From Eledone cirrhosa (taxonomy: Eukaryota): DNA of 64,000 nt. The notes beneath the pieces were generated by a model, which was not told the DNA's origin, made no database searches, and saw only the letters and a list, made by a program, of their open reading frames with translations. The position numbers and the translations under genes are program-made. Of the stretch, positions 41,503 to 55,612 are shown in pieces. The stretch covers positions 44,082,001-44,146,000 of the forward strand of contig OZ024747.1 in the NCBI GenBank assembly GCA_964016885.1. The letters are read 5' to 3'. Numbering within the stretch: the stretch's first letter is position 1; each line of letters opens with the position of its first letter.

Positions 41503-41510
<8 letters not shown>
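39057..41510 (+). repeat. Tandem array of about 7.9 x 310-bp units, each with a hammerhead (non-LTR retrozyme-like)
   Basis: gtcctgatga occurs at 39171, 39481, 39791, 40101, 40411, 40721, 41031 and 41341, an exact 310-bp period. No differences between units were seen by eye. Confidence 0.95.
39144..39232 (+). ncRNA. Minimal type I hammerhead ribozyme (first of 8 tandem copies)
   Basis: gtagtc-CTGATGA-tttct aacg agaat-GAAA-cgcg-TA-gattac. Stem I is extended by the 16-bp pair attctcgataaaagca/tgcttttatcgagaat, and stem III is the palindrome ACGCGT. Confidence 0.8.
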
Positions 41511-41541
<31 letters not shown>

Positions 41542-42167
41542 TAAATCATGTCTTTAGAATCATCAGATATTAAAATATATACTATTTCTTCTTCTAATTA
41601 GCATAATTAACCATATACAAAATCAAATCTAGCAAGCTTTAAGAATAAATTTGCTTATGGGGAAATCTCCGACAAACAATTGATCGTAGCCTCTTCGCGG
41701 CAGCCCCGTTCCATTATTTATCCAACATTTCGGCAGCATGCAGAATCCGACCAAATATACCATCAACCACACACAATTAGTAGTAAAATTAAACTTAGAA
41801 GAAATGCGCACATTTGATTTTAATTTATTAATTCTTCATAGAGCTTAACAGTTGCAACATATATATATATATATATATAAACGGAAAAAATGAAACGAAA
41901 TTTCATTTCTCACTCTTAGTACGGCTGTTACTTAAATATAAGTATGTATACGTACATACATATATGTATACAGACGTACAGTCGTATGTATAGACACTGT
42001 ACGGCTTAATTCGGGATGTTTGTTTACAAACACACCGAGCTTTATAATAAATGTTCTGTGAATCCATACGTACATATATATATATATATGTGCATGTATG
42101 TATATATGTATGTATATATATATACATACTACTGTACGTCTGTGTACATATATGTATGTACGTATAC

Positions 42168-42225
<58 letters not shown>

Positions 42226-42529
42226 ATATATATATATATATAGTAATAATAATAAATTTGAAGACTAAAATCCAAAGAGGGCTCGATAAGGATAAATATA
42301 TATCAAATATATAAGAACCGTAGAGCAAATATTTATTAAAGATCCCGTGAAGGGTCAAAGCACCGATTCTTTGCTTAAACTTTAATCTGTTATTTTACTA
42401 AATATATATATATATATATAATAAAAATGGAATGCTGCGTGGTTGCACATGGGTTACATATGAATAAAATTAGTCCTTCATCAGTGATCTTCCAACCTTC
42501 ATTGGTATTTCATCGATTTAAAAATATAT

Positions 42530-42560
<31 letters not shown>

Positions 42561-42685
42561 GTGAACAAAAAGAACAAAAAACATTAAAAAAAACAATACC
42601 GAATATGATTCAAATTAAACTAATAGGCTAATGCTTACGAGAAGTGAAAAGGATTGTGTGTGTGTGTATATATATATATGTGTGT

Positions 42686-43215
42686 GTGTAGAAGGTTTGT
42701 AATGTTGTAGAACAATAAAACTATGCATATATCAGTTAAGTAGCACTCAACAGTTGGTAGAACTGGAGTATATATAATAAAGAGGAATTAAAATATGGTT
42801 AAAAGAGTTCCATATATTTTATTAAGCGCATTTCGAATACAAAATCATCCTGGGACAAAAATTGTGTTCTCATCAGATAAAATAAGGTAACATGATAAGA
42901 GGCATAATAGCACTTGTTTACAGGAAAATGCTAAGTTTACATATGTAGACTTAGTCTACATATGTTAGTCTTCATATGTAGACTTAAAATTTTCTTGTAA
43001 ACAAGTGCCTCTTATCATGTTACCTTATTTTATCTGATGAGAACACAGGATGATTTTGTATTCGAAATGCGCTTAATAAAATATATGGAACTCTTTTAAC
43101 CATCTTTTAATTCCTCTTTATTATATATACTCCAGTTCTACCAACTGTTGAGTGCTACTTATCTGATATATGCATAGTTTTATTGTTCTACAATATTACT
43201 CACCTTCTACACACA
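42686..43215. mobile_element. Fold-back element with hammerhead motifs on both strands
   Basis: Centre near 42960. Plus-strand motif tattttat-CTGATGA-gaacaca..tgtattc-GAAA-tgcgct-TA-ataaaata at ~43026-43083, with its mirror at ~42816-42883. Confidence 0.75.
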
Positions 43216-43217
43216 CA

Positions 43218-43284
<67 letters not shown>

Positions 43285-43554
43285 AAAATAACAGATTAAA
43301 GTTTAAGCAAAGAATCGCTGCTTTCACCCTTAACGGGATCTTCTGAAACTAACAAAGTCAATCTGTAAACGCAGAACTGGATATTTCAAAAAACGTTGCA
43401 ACCGGAGGAAGACAGGAAGACGATACTTTGGTTCGTGGTAACGTTCGCTGGCAAAGAACGGGAAAAAACGAATAATACGTCATTAATAGGAGCGGTGAAA
43501 AACAATTACGCGCAAAGACAAAACCACGTTTATGGTATAAATATATATTATTAT

Positions 43555-43603
<49 letters not shown>

Positions 43604-44304
43604 AATTCTGACACACAAGTTTTCTTCTTCGGTTAATATTTTTCAAATCTTTCAAATTTTGATATTGGTTGTAACACACACGCATTTTTTTATTTGTTTG
43701 GTACCCCCCACCACGTGAAATGGAGGCAGGATAGATGCCAACCTACACACATAAATTCTTCAGAACATAGCAGCAGCACACTAAAGCTGACCTGCCAGCT
43801 GACTCCTTAACACCACTACCTTTACCAACACAATGGAAGAGGTCAGCTGTACATAAACATTCGGACAAAAACAACTATAACAGATTGAAATTGCTTCAGA
43901 AAAAGTTCTATAGACTTTTGACTGAGGAATGTTCTCACAACTGACCAATATCATGCCGAAATTCGTTTGTTCTAACCCATATGATTCCAGTTCCTCAAAG
44001 GAAAAACAACACAACCAGGAGCTGGACATATCGATGTATTGACGGAATAAAACACACTTCAACAACATGTGTATCTGTTTTTTCCACACCAATTCAGACT
44101 GCCTGAAGAGGTCACAGCCAATGATGGCTGTCACCGAAATATATATAGCAGTATATCTATAATTTATAATAAACGAAGCCAAAATATACATATTTGACTT
44201 AATTATTTTACATTACTCCGGAGTAAACAAACCAACCTGCGTACTTCGTCGTGAGCTCCAATCTGCTTACTGAGGTGTCGGTAAACAACCAACATATACT
44301 CAAA

Positions 44305-44371
<67 letters not shown>

Positions 44372-44481
44372 AGTACTCTGGTGCGTTATGGTCCACATTA
44401 TTATATATATCATATATATGTGTGTGTGCGTGTGTGTGTGTGAGTGTTCGGGATGTATTCATTTGATGACTATAAAATATA

Positions 44482-44600
44482 ATTGTTTCTACTATTGGCA
44501 CAAGGCCAGCAAATACCCAGTGCATTACTGGTACTTTATTTTATCGACCCCGTAAGGATAAAAGGCAAAGTTAACCTCGGTGGGATTTGAACTCAGACTG
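44482..44600 (-). mobile_element. 5'-truncated SINE with target-site duplication
   Basis: tgatgactataaaatataat on both sides. Confidence 0.85.
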
Positions 44601-45476
44601 ATGACTATAAAATATAATATACAAGATTAAGATAATTTGAAAGCATGACGGTTTGCGTTTTTCAGTAAAATTTCCGTATTCATACATTTCTAAATGATTT
44701 ATATTGTATTCATTTTTATGATTTTATTGATATTTACATTTACTTCTTATTTATTTTTACACTTAATATTTGGTTTTTACCACTTTATTTATTTATTTAT
44801 TTCATTAGCTTCGCAAATTATTGAAAATCTTCATTTCAATGGAGATATTATTCGACGTAAATATATTTAGTTTGTTGGCAGCTTGAAACCATCCCCCTTT
44901 TTTTTTTTTATTCTATTCTTTACAAAAACATCCACCGGCAATATCGAAGGCTATGTGCCTGCTTAGCAGTTCGCTGATATTTTATTTATATTTATTGTGT
45001 CTGTTTTCTTATTGTTGTTGTTTATTCTTTATTGTATTCATTGAGGAGATGGTAAAATTCTATAAATTCTATAATCAGGTTATAACTAGAACACTTGTAG
45101 AAATCTAGAAAACAAGCTAAAAGACTTTTCACATCTTGATTTTCAATCTTAGCTATTTGCTTCTAGCTAAAGTGGTGTTCGGGCAAAGAAGATGAAAAGA
45201 ACAGAGCTTAATATACAAATAATTATATAGCTGAACTTGACTTGCATACAATTACAGTCACCACAACATGCAACTCACTCGGGTATTACATACGCATACA
45301 CTAACATAAACAAAAAGCCGGAAAATGCAAATGTATACAATGCATAAAAAAGAGTCATTTTATAGACATCTTAATCTGTGTGTAAACGTAAATCTATGTA
45401 AGGGAGAGTAATCATGATTCTATGTTGATATACGAGGATTCGTGGAGCGTGACTGTTTGATCGTATTCGTTGGCGC

Positions 45477-45512
<36 letters not shown>

Positions 45513-45525
45513 GTGTGTGTATGTA

Positions 45526-45598
<73 letters not shown>

Positions 45599-45600
<2 letters not shown>

Positions 45601-45777
45601 CGAAGGAATTGTGGTAAGAAACCAGATGTACCAAAGTACTCAATACTTAGGGTAGTAGAGTGGGTAATAGGAAAATGTATGACCCCGACGGCAGAGCTCA
45701 AGCCGTTTCGACAGCTATTTCTGGACTGAAATAGCCGTCGAAACGGCTGGAGCTCTGCCGTCGGGGTCATACATTTT

Positions 45778-45781
<4 letters not shown>
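45599..45781. mobile_element. Family-B fold-back element
   Basis: Fold centre near 45724, with (TA)n on both sides. Confidence 0.8.
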
Positions 45782-45811
<30 letters not shown>

Positions 45812-45924
45812 GAATTAACTGTGGATATATGAAAGATACAGAAGCGAAAACCAACCAAACAGTCAGTGCGTTCTGTAATTATTTCTGGCAATATAATTAC
45901 AACAATATGACTCTTCCCAAGTAT

Positions 45925-46000
<76 letters not shown>

Positions 46001-46080
46001 ATACTTGGGGAGGGTCATATTGTTGTAATAGTGTTGCGAGAAATAATTACACAATACATATATGTGTATGCATATATGTG

Positions 46081-46144
<64 letters not shown>

Positions 46145-46146
46145 GA

Positions 46147-46452
46147 GGCACATGGCTTAGTGGTTAGTTCAATTCTCAGACCGGGTGATGTGTTGTTTCC
46201 TTGAGCAAGACACTTTATTTCACATTGCTCCAGTTTACTCTGCTGTAGAAATGAGATGATAGGGACTGGGGTCCATATCATTCCACTGTAAAGTGGTCGT
46301 GTAGGCGCCACGGAAAAAAAAAGCACCCACCACTCACCGTAAATGAGGTTGGTGTTAGGAAGGGCATCCAGCTGTAGAAATCAAGCCAGCATCAGTTCTC
46401 GTCCCACCCTTGCAAGCAGGGAAAAAGCGGACGTAAAATGAAATGATGATGA

Positions 46453-46455
<3 letters not shown>
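46147..46455 (+). mobile_element. Second SINE family (CORE-like), deleted copy
   Basis: ggcacatggcttagtggttag..gttcaattc..tccttgagcaagacactttat, homologous to the 58587 copy. Confidence 0.7.
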
Positions 46456-46501
<46 letters not shown>

Positions 46502-46655
46502 CGTACATATATACATACGCATATGTTTGTGCATATATATACATACATATATGTAATAAATATATATATATACCTACATACATATATACATACACATATA
46601 CACATGTGTATGTATATATATAGATACATATAAGTAATATATATAAATATATGAA

Positions 46656-46693
<38 letters not shown>

Positions 46694-46761
46694 TTATTTA
46701 TTTATTTATACGTGTGTTTGTGTGTGTGTGTGTGTGTGTCTGTGTGTATGTGTGTGTGTGT

Positions 46762-46797
<36 letters not shown>

Positions 46798-47285
46798 ATG
46801 TGTTTGTATATATCTAATTTTACTCACCTGTATCCTATACATATGAAAATCTGTCAGTGTGTCAAGCGTGTTGATCAACATGTTAGCACTTGTGATACCA
46901 ATCCCGCGTAACACTACGCCAGGTTCTATGAAATGAAACCACTGATATTAAAGTGTTCCTACTTGAAATAAAATTTTCTAATTTAATTTGATATAAGATC
47001 TTTTTGTTATATTATGTTACAAATGCATTAATAATAAAATAATAATTTTAGTATATCCATCCATATTTACAATGTATTTGATTAGGAATATAATAGAAGT
47101 GTTAAAGTTCTTGGTAAGTTGAGAATACAAAAGGTTCAAACCCTAGGGGAAACTACTTCACATCTGATATTTGAAGAGTACTGCTACTAACGTAGAAGGA
47201 CAATGCTATTCTTTATAGAACGAACAATATATTTATTACAAATATACCGTTGCTATAGTCATGTAAAGGGGCTAACATCTCATTT

Positions 47286-47349
<64 letters not shown>

Positions 47350-47581
47350 TTATATATAGTGAAAGAGTGAAGAATAACACATATATATGAAATTTAATAT
47401 AGATTTAGCTTTTAGGACTAGAGCGTTCCTGATGATTTCTTTTTAATGAAACAGTTCTACTATTGTAGAAGCCATTTCTATATTAAACTTGATGTTTACA
47501 TTCTACTAATATATTGAGTACCTTACTAACTGTGGTTAACCCTGATTGAGCCCGGGACTCATACACACACACACACAAACA

Positions 47582-47679
<98 letters not shown>

Positions 47680-48338
47680 CTATATTTAGAGTTATAAACT
47701 CAAACAGTCTTTTACAAACTGTATTAATCTAATTAGTATTTTTCAATCTAGCTAACTTGGTCATTTACAATACAAACACTTATATGTTTATATTAGTGTT
47801 TATCATATATTAATTTATATTAACTTATATATATATATATATATAAGTAGAAGTTGTATTTAATTTGTTGGAAGTCCGACAAACATAAATGTGTATAACT
47901 TATTTAGAGCACTCAACAAGTAACTGGAGTAAATATTGGAGTAAATATTCAATGATATTAAATAAATGGAAACTATATTTATAAAACCGTATTTATTTTA
48001 TTATATATATTTCAAGGGCAACCAAGACAACATTGGTACGCTTTCATCAGATAAAATACAAAGTTTGTTTTATAAATAGAGACGTTCCCGTGAAAATCAT
48101 ACCTTATCGGTTGGAAATTCACTGGATAGTGGAAATATTCAAACTTATGTGTAAATATGCAAATGAATATGTAAATAATTGAAAAACAACCGTTTATTTA
48201 AATGACACTGGAGAAAGAGAGAGAAGAAAGAGAGAGAGAAAAAATATTAATATTACGAGAGAGATAGAGAGAATAAATTAACAAGAGGATGAATAGAACT
48301 TATGTAACGTTAATATGGGGGAATACATTTAAAGTATA

Positions 48339-49024
48339 TCTAAAACTCTGGTCTTGCGTGCTTGCTTGTCTGTTATGTAATACAGCCAAAAGGGCGCATA
48401 ATGGGTAAATACTTTGAAAGCAAGTTGCCTCTGAAATGGGAATACAAATTGAATAAAACAAGTTTCGCGAAAATCTGACCCCGGGTTCCCGATATTCGCG
48501 GGTTTTGGGGATACCTTCGTAAATAGCCACAACGGTGCATACTGGGAAAATACCTCGAAATTAACATAACCCGCAGAACTTCGTAAATAGCCAAAACATT
48601 GCATAATGAGAAAATACTCTGAATAAAACAAGTTTGGCGTAAATCGCACATGGACAATATGTTCAATTTTCCAAAAATAGCAAGGAATTCATTTAAATTC
48701 AATTTATCTTATTTTATAATGAATATCGAAAGAAATAATTCGTTTTTTTGGTTGTCCATTCTGTAGGAAAGAGAGACAGAGAGGGATGAGAGAGAGAAAG
48801 AGAGAGAGTGAGGGATGAGAGAGAGAGGGGGATGACAGATAGGGAAAGAGACAGCGTCCTTAATTTTTATTTATTTTAACTCTCCCCCTATCCATAACGT
48901 TATTTCTTTCTCTCTCTTTCACAGTTATACTGCACCGTGTGTATCTGTATGTGTGCCAGTGCATGTGTCTACGTACTTAGAGACATGCGTGTGTGTATGT
49001 GTGTGTAACAGTACTTAAGTTAGA

Positions 49025-49069
<45 letters not shown>

Positions 49070-52000
49070 GTGTGTGTGTAGGATACCTTCGTAAATAGCC
49101 AAAACGGTGCATAATGGAAAAATAGCCCTGTAAGTGATATAATCCTGAAATGGGGATAAAACAGGTTTGACGTAAATCGACATAAAAATATTTCTCGAAT
49201 GATGAAAATAGTTTAATAATTATTTTTTTTAAATTTTTCAGTGATTTCTCAGTGAATATGATTTCAAAACTACAAGTTGTTTGTACTTCAAGTATCTATA
49301 TTCGAGCTTTCTTTAAACAGACGATATTTTAATTATCAGAAAAGCATTAAGTGAATATCACTGAAAAATACCAGTTGGTGTTAAACAGTAGGTATTTATA
49401 TTTTTGCTTTTGTTAAAAAGAATATTTCAATTATTTAGAAATATTTTAAAGTGAATTTGATTTCACAAATAGCTTTATTTACAAAGACAATATCTTCATT
49501 TTTTTTTATTATTTTCAAGTGAATACGATGGAAAAAATATTTCTTGGCATATTTAAAAAATATTCTTAAGTGAAAACGACTTAAAAAATACAAATTATTT
49601 ATACACTGAGTATATGTATTTCAGCTTTCTTTAAACAGAATATTTTAATTATTAATAATTTTTTTTTAAGTGAATATGATTTAAAAAATACGAGTTGTTT
49701 AAACAGACAATATTTTCATTATTTAGAAATATTTCTAAATGATGATTTAAAAAAAATATTTGTTGAGGTAATAGGAATTTTTTCTAAGGTGAATAATATT
49801 TTATATTCTTAAATAATGCCTCGACGAGGAAGAAAGAAAACATCTGGTTGGTCTATCGATAGTGGAAAGAAAGCACGGCTAAGGAGAGCCGAAGAAGGTG
49901 AGCAAGATAGTGGTCAACGCCAACATGATCGGGACAGGCATGCGAATAGAAGGATCGATGAGACTGATAAAGCAAGGGCTGCGCGTCTAGCGGAACAGAG
50001 GGAAAGAGACAGAAGCAGGAGAGATCATGAATCGGACGCTCGGAGAACTGAACCTCTTTGCCAACAAACCATTAGGGATAGAGCAAGGACAGTTCAACGA
50101 CGTGACCTCTCTGCTGATGTTGGACAGATGAATAAGATCTGTGTCTGTTGTCATGCAATGCTTTTTCATGGTGAAACTGCTAACTTTTTCTGTATGAATG
50201 GAAAAGTCAGGTTGGGGAATCTGCAACCTTTACCCCAGGAACTTCACAGTTTATTTAGTACTGATCAACCTAGGGCAAACGAGTTCAGGAAGAACCTCAG
50301 ACAATACAACTGCCTGTTCCAAATGACATCTTTTGGCGCCGAAGAAGTTCGTTCCTCAAGGAGTGGATGGAAACCTTCTATCGTTATTCATGGTCAAATT
50401 CACCATTACATCGGTTCCTTAACCCCTAATCCCAACGAACAACCCAAATTTCTTCAAATTTACTTCTTGGATCCTCAGGATATTGTTGATTTGAGGATCA
50501 GGATACTCCATAACGATGGCATTCAGCGCGACATAGTTGAATTATTGGAAATAATACTCAGACAATATAACCCTTACGTTGTTTCATTTTGAATGGCAAA
50601 AGAACAAATTAAAAATATTCCCGAAGCTTCGATTATTATTGATCCTGATAGGAGACCAGCAATGGAACATGAGAGAAGATTCAATGCACAAACTGCAAAC
50701 GAAGTTGCCGTTATTATACAAAACAGCACCGAACTTCAAGCATAAGCACGGCACATTGTGTTGAAAGAAAAAGGCGGACAATTGCAAATAATCTCAGAGT
50801 CCCATCGGTCCTATGACAGTTTGCAGTATGTTCTATTTTTTTTTCCTTTTGGCGATGACAGATGGCATCATCAGCTGTTAATGAGCAACAATAAGAAGTT
50901 GACGCCAATGCGCTATGCCTATCGAATAACGAACCATGAGAATTAATTCAACCAACTTCTCAGAGGAGGTCGTTTATTTCAGCAATATTTGGTTGACATG
51001 GCTACGAAGATTGAAGAAGATAGACTGCAATACACCCGAATGAATCAAACATCATTGCGATCTACAACATACAAGGGCCTTACTGACGCATTGAATGATG
51101 ATGTCGATTTTCGCAACATCGGCAGGCGAATCATACTCTCTTCCACATTTGTCGGTGGACCGAGATATATGATGGAGCGATGCCAGGATGCCATGATGTA
51201 CATACGGAAGTACGGCAATCCTTCGTTCTTCATCACAATGACATGCAATCCAAACTGGCCCGAAATCCGGCAAAACCTATTCCTGAATCAGAAGCCACAT
51301 GACAGGCCAGATTTAATTGCCAGAGTATTTGACCTGAAGCGGAAACTGTTAAGAAAGTATCTTACTGGAGTAGATGGCCTATTTGGCAAGTGCATTGCTT
51401 ACGTGCTGACAGTCGAATATCAAAAGCGAGGTCTTCCTCATGTGCACTGTTTGCTATGGCTCAATGAAGCCTCCAAGCCCAGACCGCAGGAATATGATAA
51501 ATTTGTTCAAGCCGAAATACCAGATCCAAACAAAGATCCAGAGGGTCATGAATTGGTGCTGAAGCACATGATCCACAGTCTTTCTCTAACAATTCGCCGT
51601 GTTGGAAAGATGGATGGCAGTAAGCGGTACCCTAAGCCTTTCAATGAATATACATTGTCTGGAGAGGACTCTTATCCTGTGTACAGAAGACGGTCTCCAG
51701 GAGGGGCACCAAGAAGGAAGGGGAAGCCGAAATATAACTTCGGAATGGGCGGTTCCCTACAATATGAAACTATTAAAACTGTTCAACTGCCACCTAAACG
51801 TAGAGATGTGCTCTTCCGTGAAATCGATCAAATACGTTGTCAAATATACCATGAAGGGCAGTGATCAGGCAATGTTGGAGTGAACACGGAAGATGAGATA
51901 ATACAGTATTTAACAGGAAGATATATCGGTCCTTCGGAAGCTATTGCCTTGGTACTTGGATTTCCAATTCATGAGATAGAACCGGCCGTAGTTCGCCTTC

Positions 52001-54690
52001 AAGTTCATTTACCTGAGGAAAATCAAATCTTCTTTCGGGTCAATGCTGCTGTTAAAGTAAACAATAACATGGCTAAGACGACTCTGACTGAGTTCATGGA
52101 TCTTTGCGATCGCAATCCGTTTGCAAAAACATTGTATTATGCCGATGTCCCAAAGTTTTACACTTGGAGTAATAAGAGATGGGAAAGGAGAAAGGTGGGG
52201 AAAACAGTTGAGCAGTATCCAGGGATTTTTGAGGCGAACGTTTTGAGACGAGTATACACTGTTTCTCCACGAAGTGGTGACCTGTTTTATGTAAGACACC
52301 TTCTGCATCACGTCAAAGGGCCAGTATCCTTCAACTCTTTGAAAATGTGTGATGGAGAACTCCTGCCATTATTCAAAGACGTCTGCAGAGAGAAAGGTTT
52401 GCTTCAATTGGCAACAGACTCTGGAAGATGCTGAGCGAAGAAGGCTTCCCAAAGCCATGAGAGATCTATTCATCGTGCTCCTCACAAATACGGAAATTGA
52501 CAATTCCAGTGCTTTATGGGTTCGATTTAAGCATCCTTCAAATAGAAAAAAGGGCTACCAGAAACTCTAACCTTTTGATTAGCGAGAGACATTATGATCA
52601 ATGTCTTCGGTATTTTGAAGATAAACTTAACGACCTGGGCAAAAGTCTTAGTAACTTTAACTTGCCAAGGCCAAATAATATTGTTGCTAATCAGGATATT
52701 GGCAATTTGGAGTTATTGCATGGATTGCAATACAGCAGAGAATGGCAGCGACGATTTGTAGAAGAGACAGAGCCTCTATTGAATGGTGAACAAAAACACG
52801 TGTATGACTTCGTTTGTAACAGTTTAGAGACGACACATCTGCATTGATTTTCATTGACGCTCCAGGTGGAACAGGAAAGACATTCCTGATTAACTTAATT
52901 CTTTCAAAAGTCAGGGGAAACGGTGACGTGGCTATTGCTGTTGCGTCATCTGGCATTGCCGCAACACTGATGCCTGGTGGAAGAACAGCGCATTCTAGGT
53001 TCAAAATACCGATAGTAGTGAAAGAAAATGGTCTGTGCAACATTGATTAAAAACTCAAAGACGGCAAACCTCTTCCAGCATACAAGGCTGATTGTTTGGG
53101 ATGAGTGTCCTTTGATTCAGAGGGAAAGCTTCCAAGCTGTTGATCTCACTCTGTGTGACATATGCGACAACAATGAGGCATTCGGTGGAATTTTGACAAT
53201 TTGCTGTGGCGATTTCCGTCAGCTTCTTCCGGTAGTGAAGAGGTGAAATGAAGTGGACGTGGAAAACGCCTGCATTAAAAAACCTACTTATGGCGAAGCT
53301 TCAAAAGATTTCAGTTGAAGACAAACATGCGATTGGGTGGGGGAGCAGGAGACTATTAACAGTTCCTATTGGATATTGGAGAAGATAAGATTAAAAAAAC
53401 TGAAAATGAGGAAATTATTTCGCCAAACGAAATGGTTCTCCAAGCAACAACTATGGAAGAATGTATTGATTTCATCTACCCCGCATTCGACAATCCAGCG
53501 GAAGTGTTTTCGAACAATTGCATCTTAGTACCTCTCAATGAAATGATAAGAAGCATCAATTCCACCTGTATCAGACGCTTCCCTAGAACCATAAAAGAGT
53601 ACCGATCCTATAATTCTGGGAGTGATGGTGCCAATGCCACTCATTTCCCGACTGAATTCCTTGATTCGGTTGAACTATCAGGACTGCTACCACATAACCT
53701 GGAATTGAAAAAAGGATCGCCAATAATTCTTATGAGAAACTTGAATCCTCCAAGGCTTTGCAATGGAACGCGCATGATCATGGAAGAACTGCACGACAAT
53801 CTCATAGTAGCAAGAATCAATACTGCTGCTTTCAGAAATGAGATCGTTATGATACATAGAATAAGAATTATTCTATCCGTAACAGCGTAAATATGAGAAA
53901 ATGTTGATTCCGACGTCAAAAAATGAAAGGAAAAGGAAAAACTAAGACAAGTAAGAATAATTTCTTTCAAATTTTTGTAAATAAAACCAGCTTTTCATTA
54001 CCATTGCAACTTTTTAAGCAGAAAAATCTTTCAGAACAAACAGTCAAGCATCCATAGAGATATAGAAAAAAAGAAGTTTGAAGTGGAGTGATTGTATAGC
54101 TATTAGTGAAAAATGATTTGATATTTTCTTTGTGAAAATACTTGTGAATGATACAGTGAAAAGACAAGTTTCGCGTAAATCGGACCACGGGATCCCGAGA
54201 TACGCGGGTATTTTCGGGTACCTTTATAAATAACCAAATCAGCGCATAATGGGAAAATTCTTTTTGAAAGTAAGGTACCATTGAAATGTGAATACAAACG
54301 CAGATAGTGGTTGTGAGAGAGAGGGAGAGAGCTGGTGGTGTTGTTGAATGAAATTATGACAGGTGACTTCAAAGAATTGAATACAGCATTACTGTATCTA
54401 GCTTGAATTTGGTGACTGAATATTAAGTTATATGTATCTTATAACTTGTGTTAGGACAGGATGTATGTGTGTGTGTGTCTGTATCCAGTGTATATAGGCC
54501 ACAGACACCCCTACATACAAACACATATATATATATATATATTCACGTACATATACACACACACACATACACGTATATATATATATTTGCTTTCCAAAGT
54601 CATTTTACCTTATATACATTTTGTGTATATTTTAATTATTTAAAAATTATTTTTAAGTGAACATGACCCAACGGGTCACGAGTGGTCTAG
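48339..54690 (+). mobile_element. Helitron with both ends retained (decayed)
   Basis: 5' A|TC (48338/48339), 3' CTAG|T (54687-54691), subterminal hairpin tgaccc-aac-gggtca (54664-54678), no TSD, and internal RepHel coding remnants. Confidence 0.92.
49816..53890 (+). pseudogene. Helitron RepHel (HUH endonuclease plus Pif1-like helicase), with multiple stops and frameshifts
   Basis: Rep motifs FFITMTCNPNW, VEYQKRGLPHVHCLLW and SIKYVVKYTMKG. Helicase motifs IDAPGGTGKTF, GGRTAHSRF, IVWDEC, GDFRQLLPV and ILMRNLNPPRLCNGTR. The distal helicase motifs are absent. Confidence 0.93.
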
Positions 54691-54799
54691 TATCCACTAA
54701 TGGTACGTATATTTACGATTATTTAGTTGTTAAAATTCTTTTCTAATATAATATTTACTGTTATAAGTAGATAGAAAAATAAATTGATATATATAGAAA

Positions 54800-55612
54800 A
54801 ATATTGTTATACTTGGGGCGGGTCATATTTGTGTAATATTGTCAGAATTAATAACAGAACACACTCACTGTTTGGTTGGTTTTTCGCTTTTCGCTTCTGT
54901 GAACATGCCAGACAACAACACAACGGTAACATAGACAACATAGAAATTAGAATAATATCTAAACATAGAAATGACCCAGCAGATAGGCAAATCAGAGAGG
55001 CCAGTGAAATAGAACTTAGAAGGCTAAACAGAAAAAATGAATGGAATAACAACAACACCTAAACAAACAACACTGACCTAAGAGAAGTATAAATAAATAA
55101 ATAAATAAATAGATAAATAAATAAATACATACACAAGCACAATAACAACAAACACATATAAACACACACTAGTAAAGATAGAATACATTAACCAATACAC
55201 AGTCACCCAAACACGAACACACATCAAACAAAACACTATACACACACGCAAACGCATGCGCAAAGAAGACAATAAAAAAAAAAAAAATAAATAAATATAT
55301 AAACAAACTAAATAAAAATGGCATAGACATACAATGCAACGGGAGGAAACAATAGCATAACTGACGATATTGCAGATGCGCAACGAAAGAACTTTGATAG
55401 ACTATATATATGTGTTTGTGTCTATATTGTATCTGTATTTTTGACCGTTGGTCAGTCACTGGCAACATTGAGGACCGAATAAATTAAATTAACCGATATA
55501 AAAGACACAGAAGCGAAAAGCGAAAACCAACCAAACAGTGAGTGTGTTCTGTTATTAATTCTGGCAAATATGACTCTCCCCAAATATGACTCTCCCCAAG
55601 TATAACAATATT
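54800..55612 (+). mobile_element. PLE 3' remnant with inverted termini, GIY-YIG C-terminus and a candidate hammerhead
   Basis: 54801-54901 is inverted to 55506-55611. It reads EHARQQHNGNIDNIEIRII..DRQIREASEI..LNRKNEW. CTGACGA..GAAA lies at 55361-55388. Related ends are at 45830-46055. Confidence 0.65.

Noticed and set aside
47415-47475. CTGATGA-tttctttttaat-GAAA motif
   Set aside because: The core boxes are present but stems I-III do not pair convincingly, so at best it is a decayed ribozyme.
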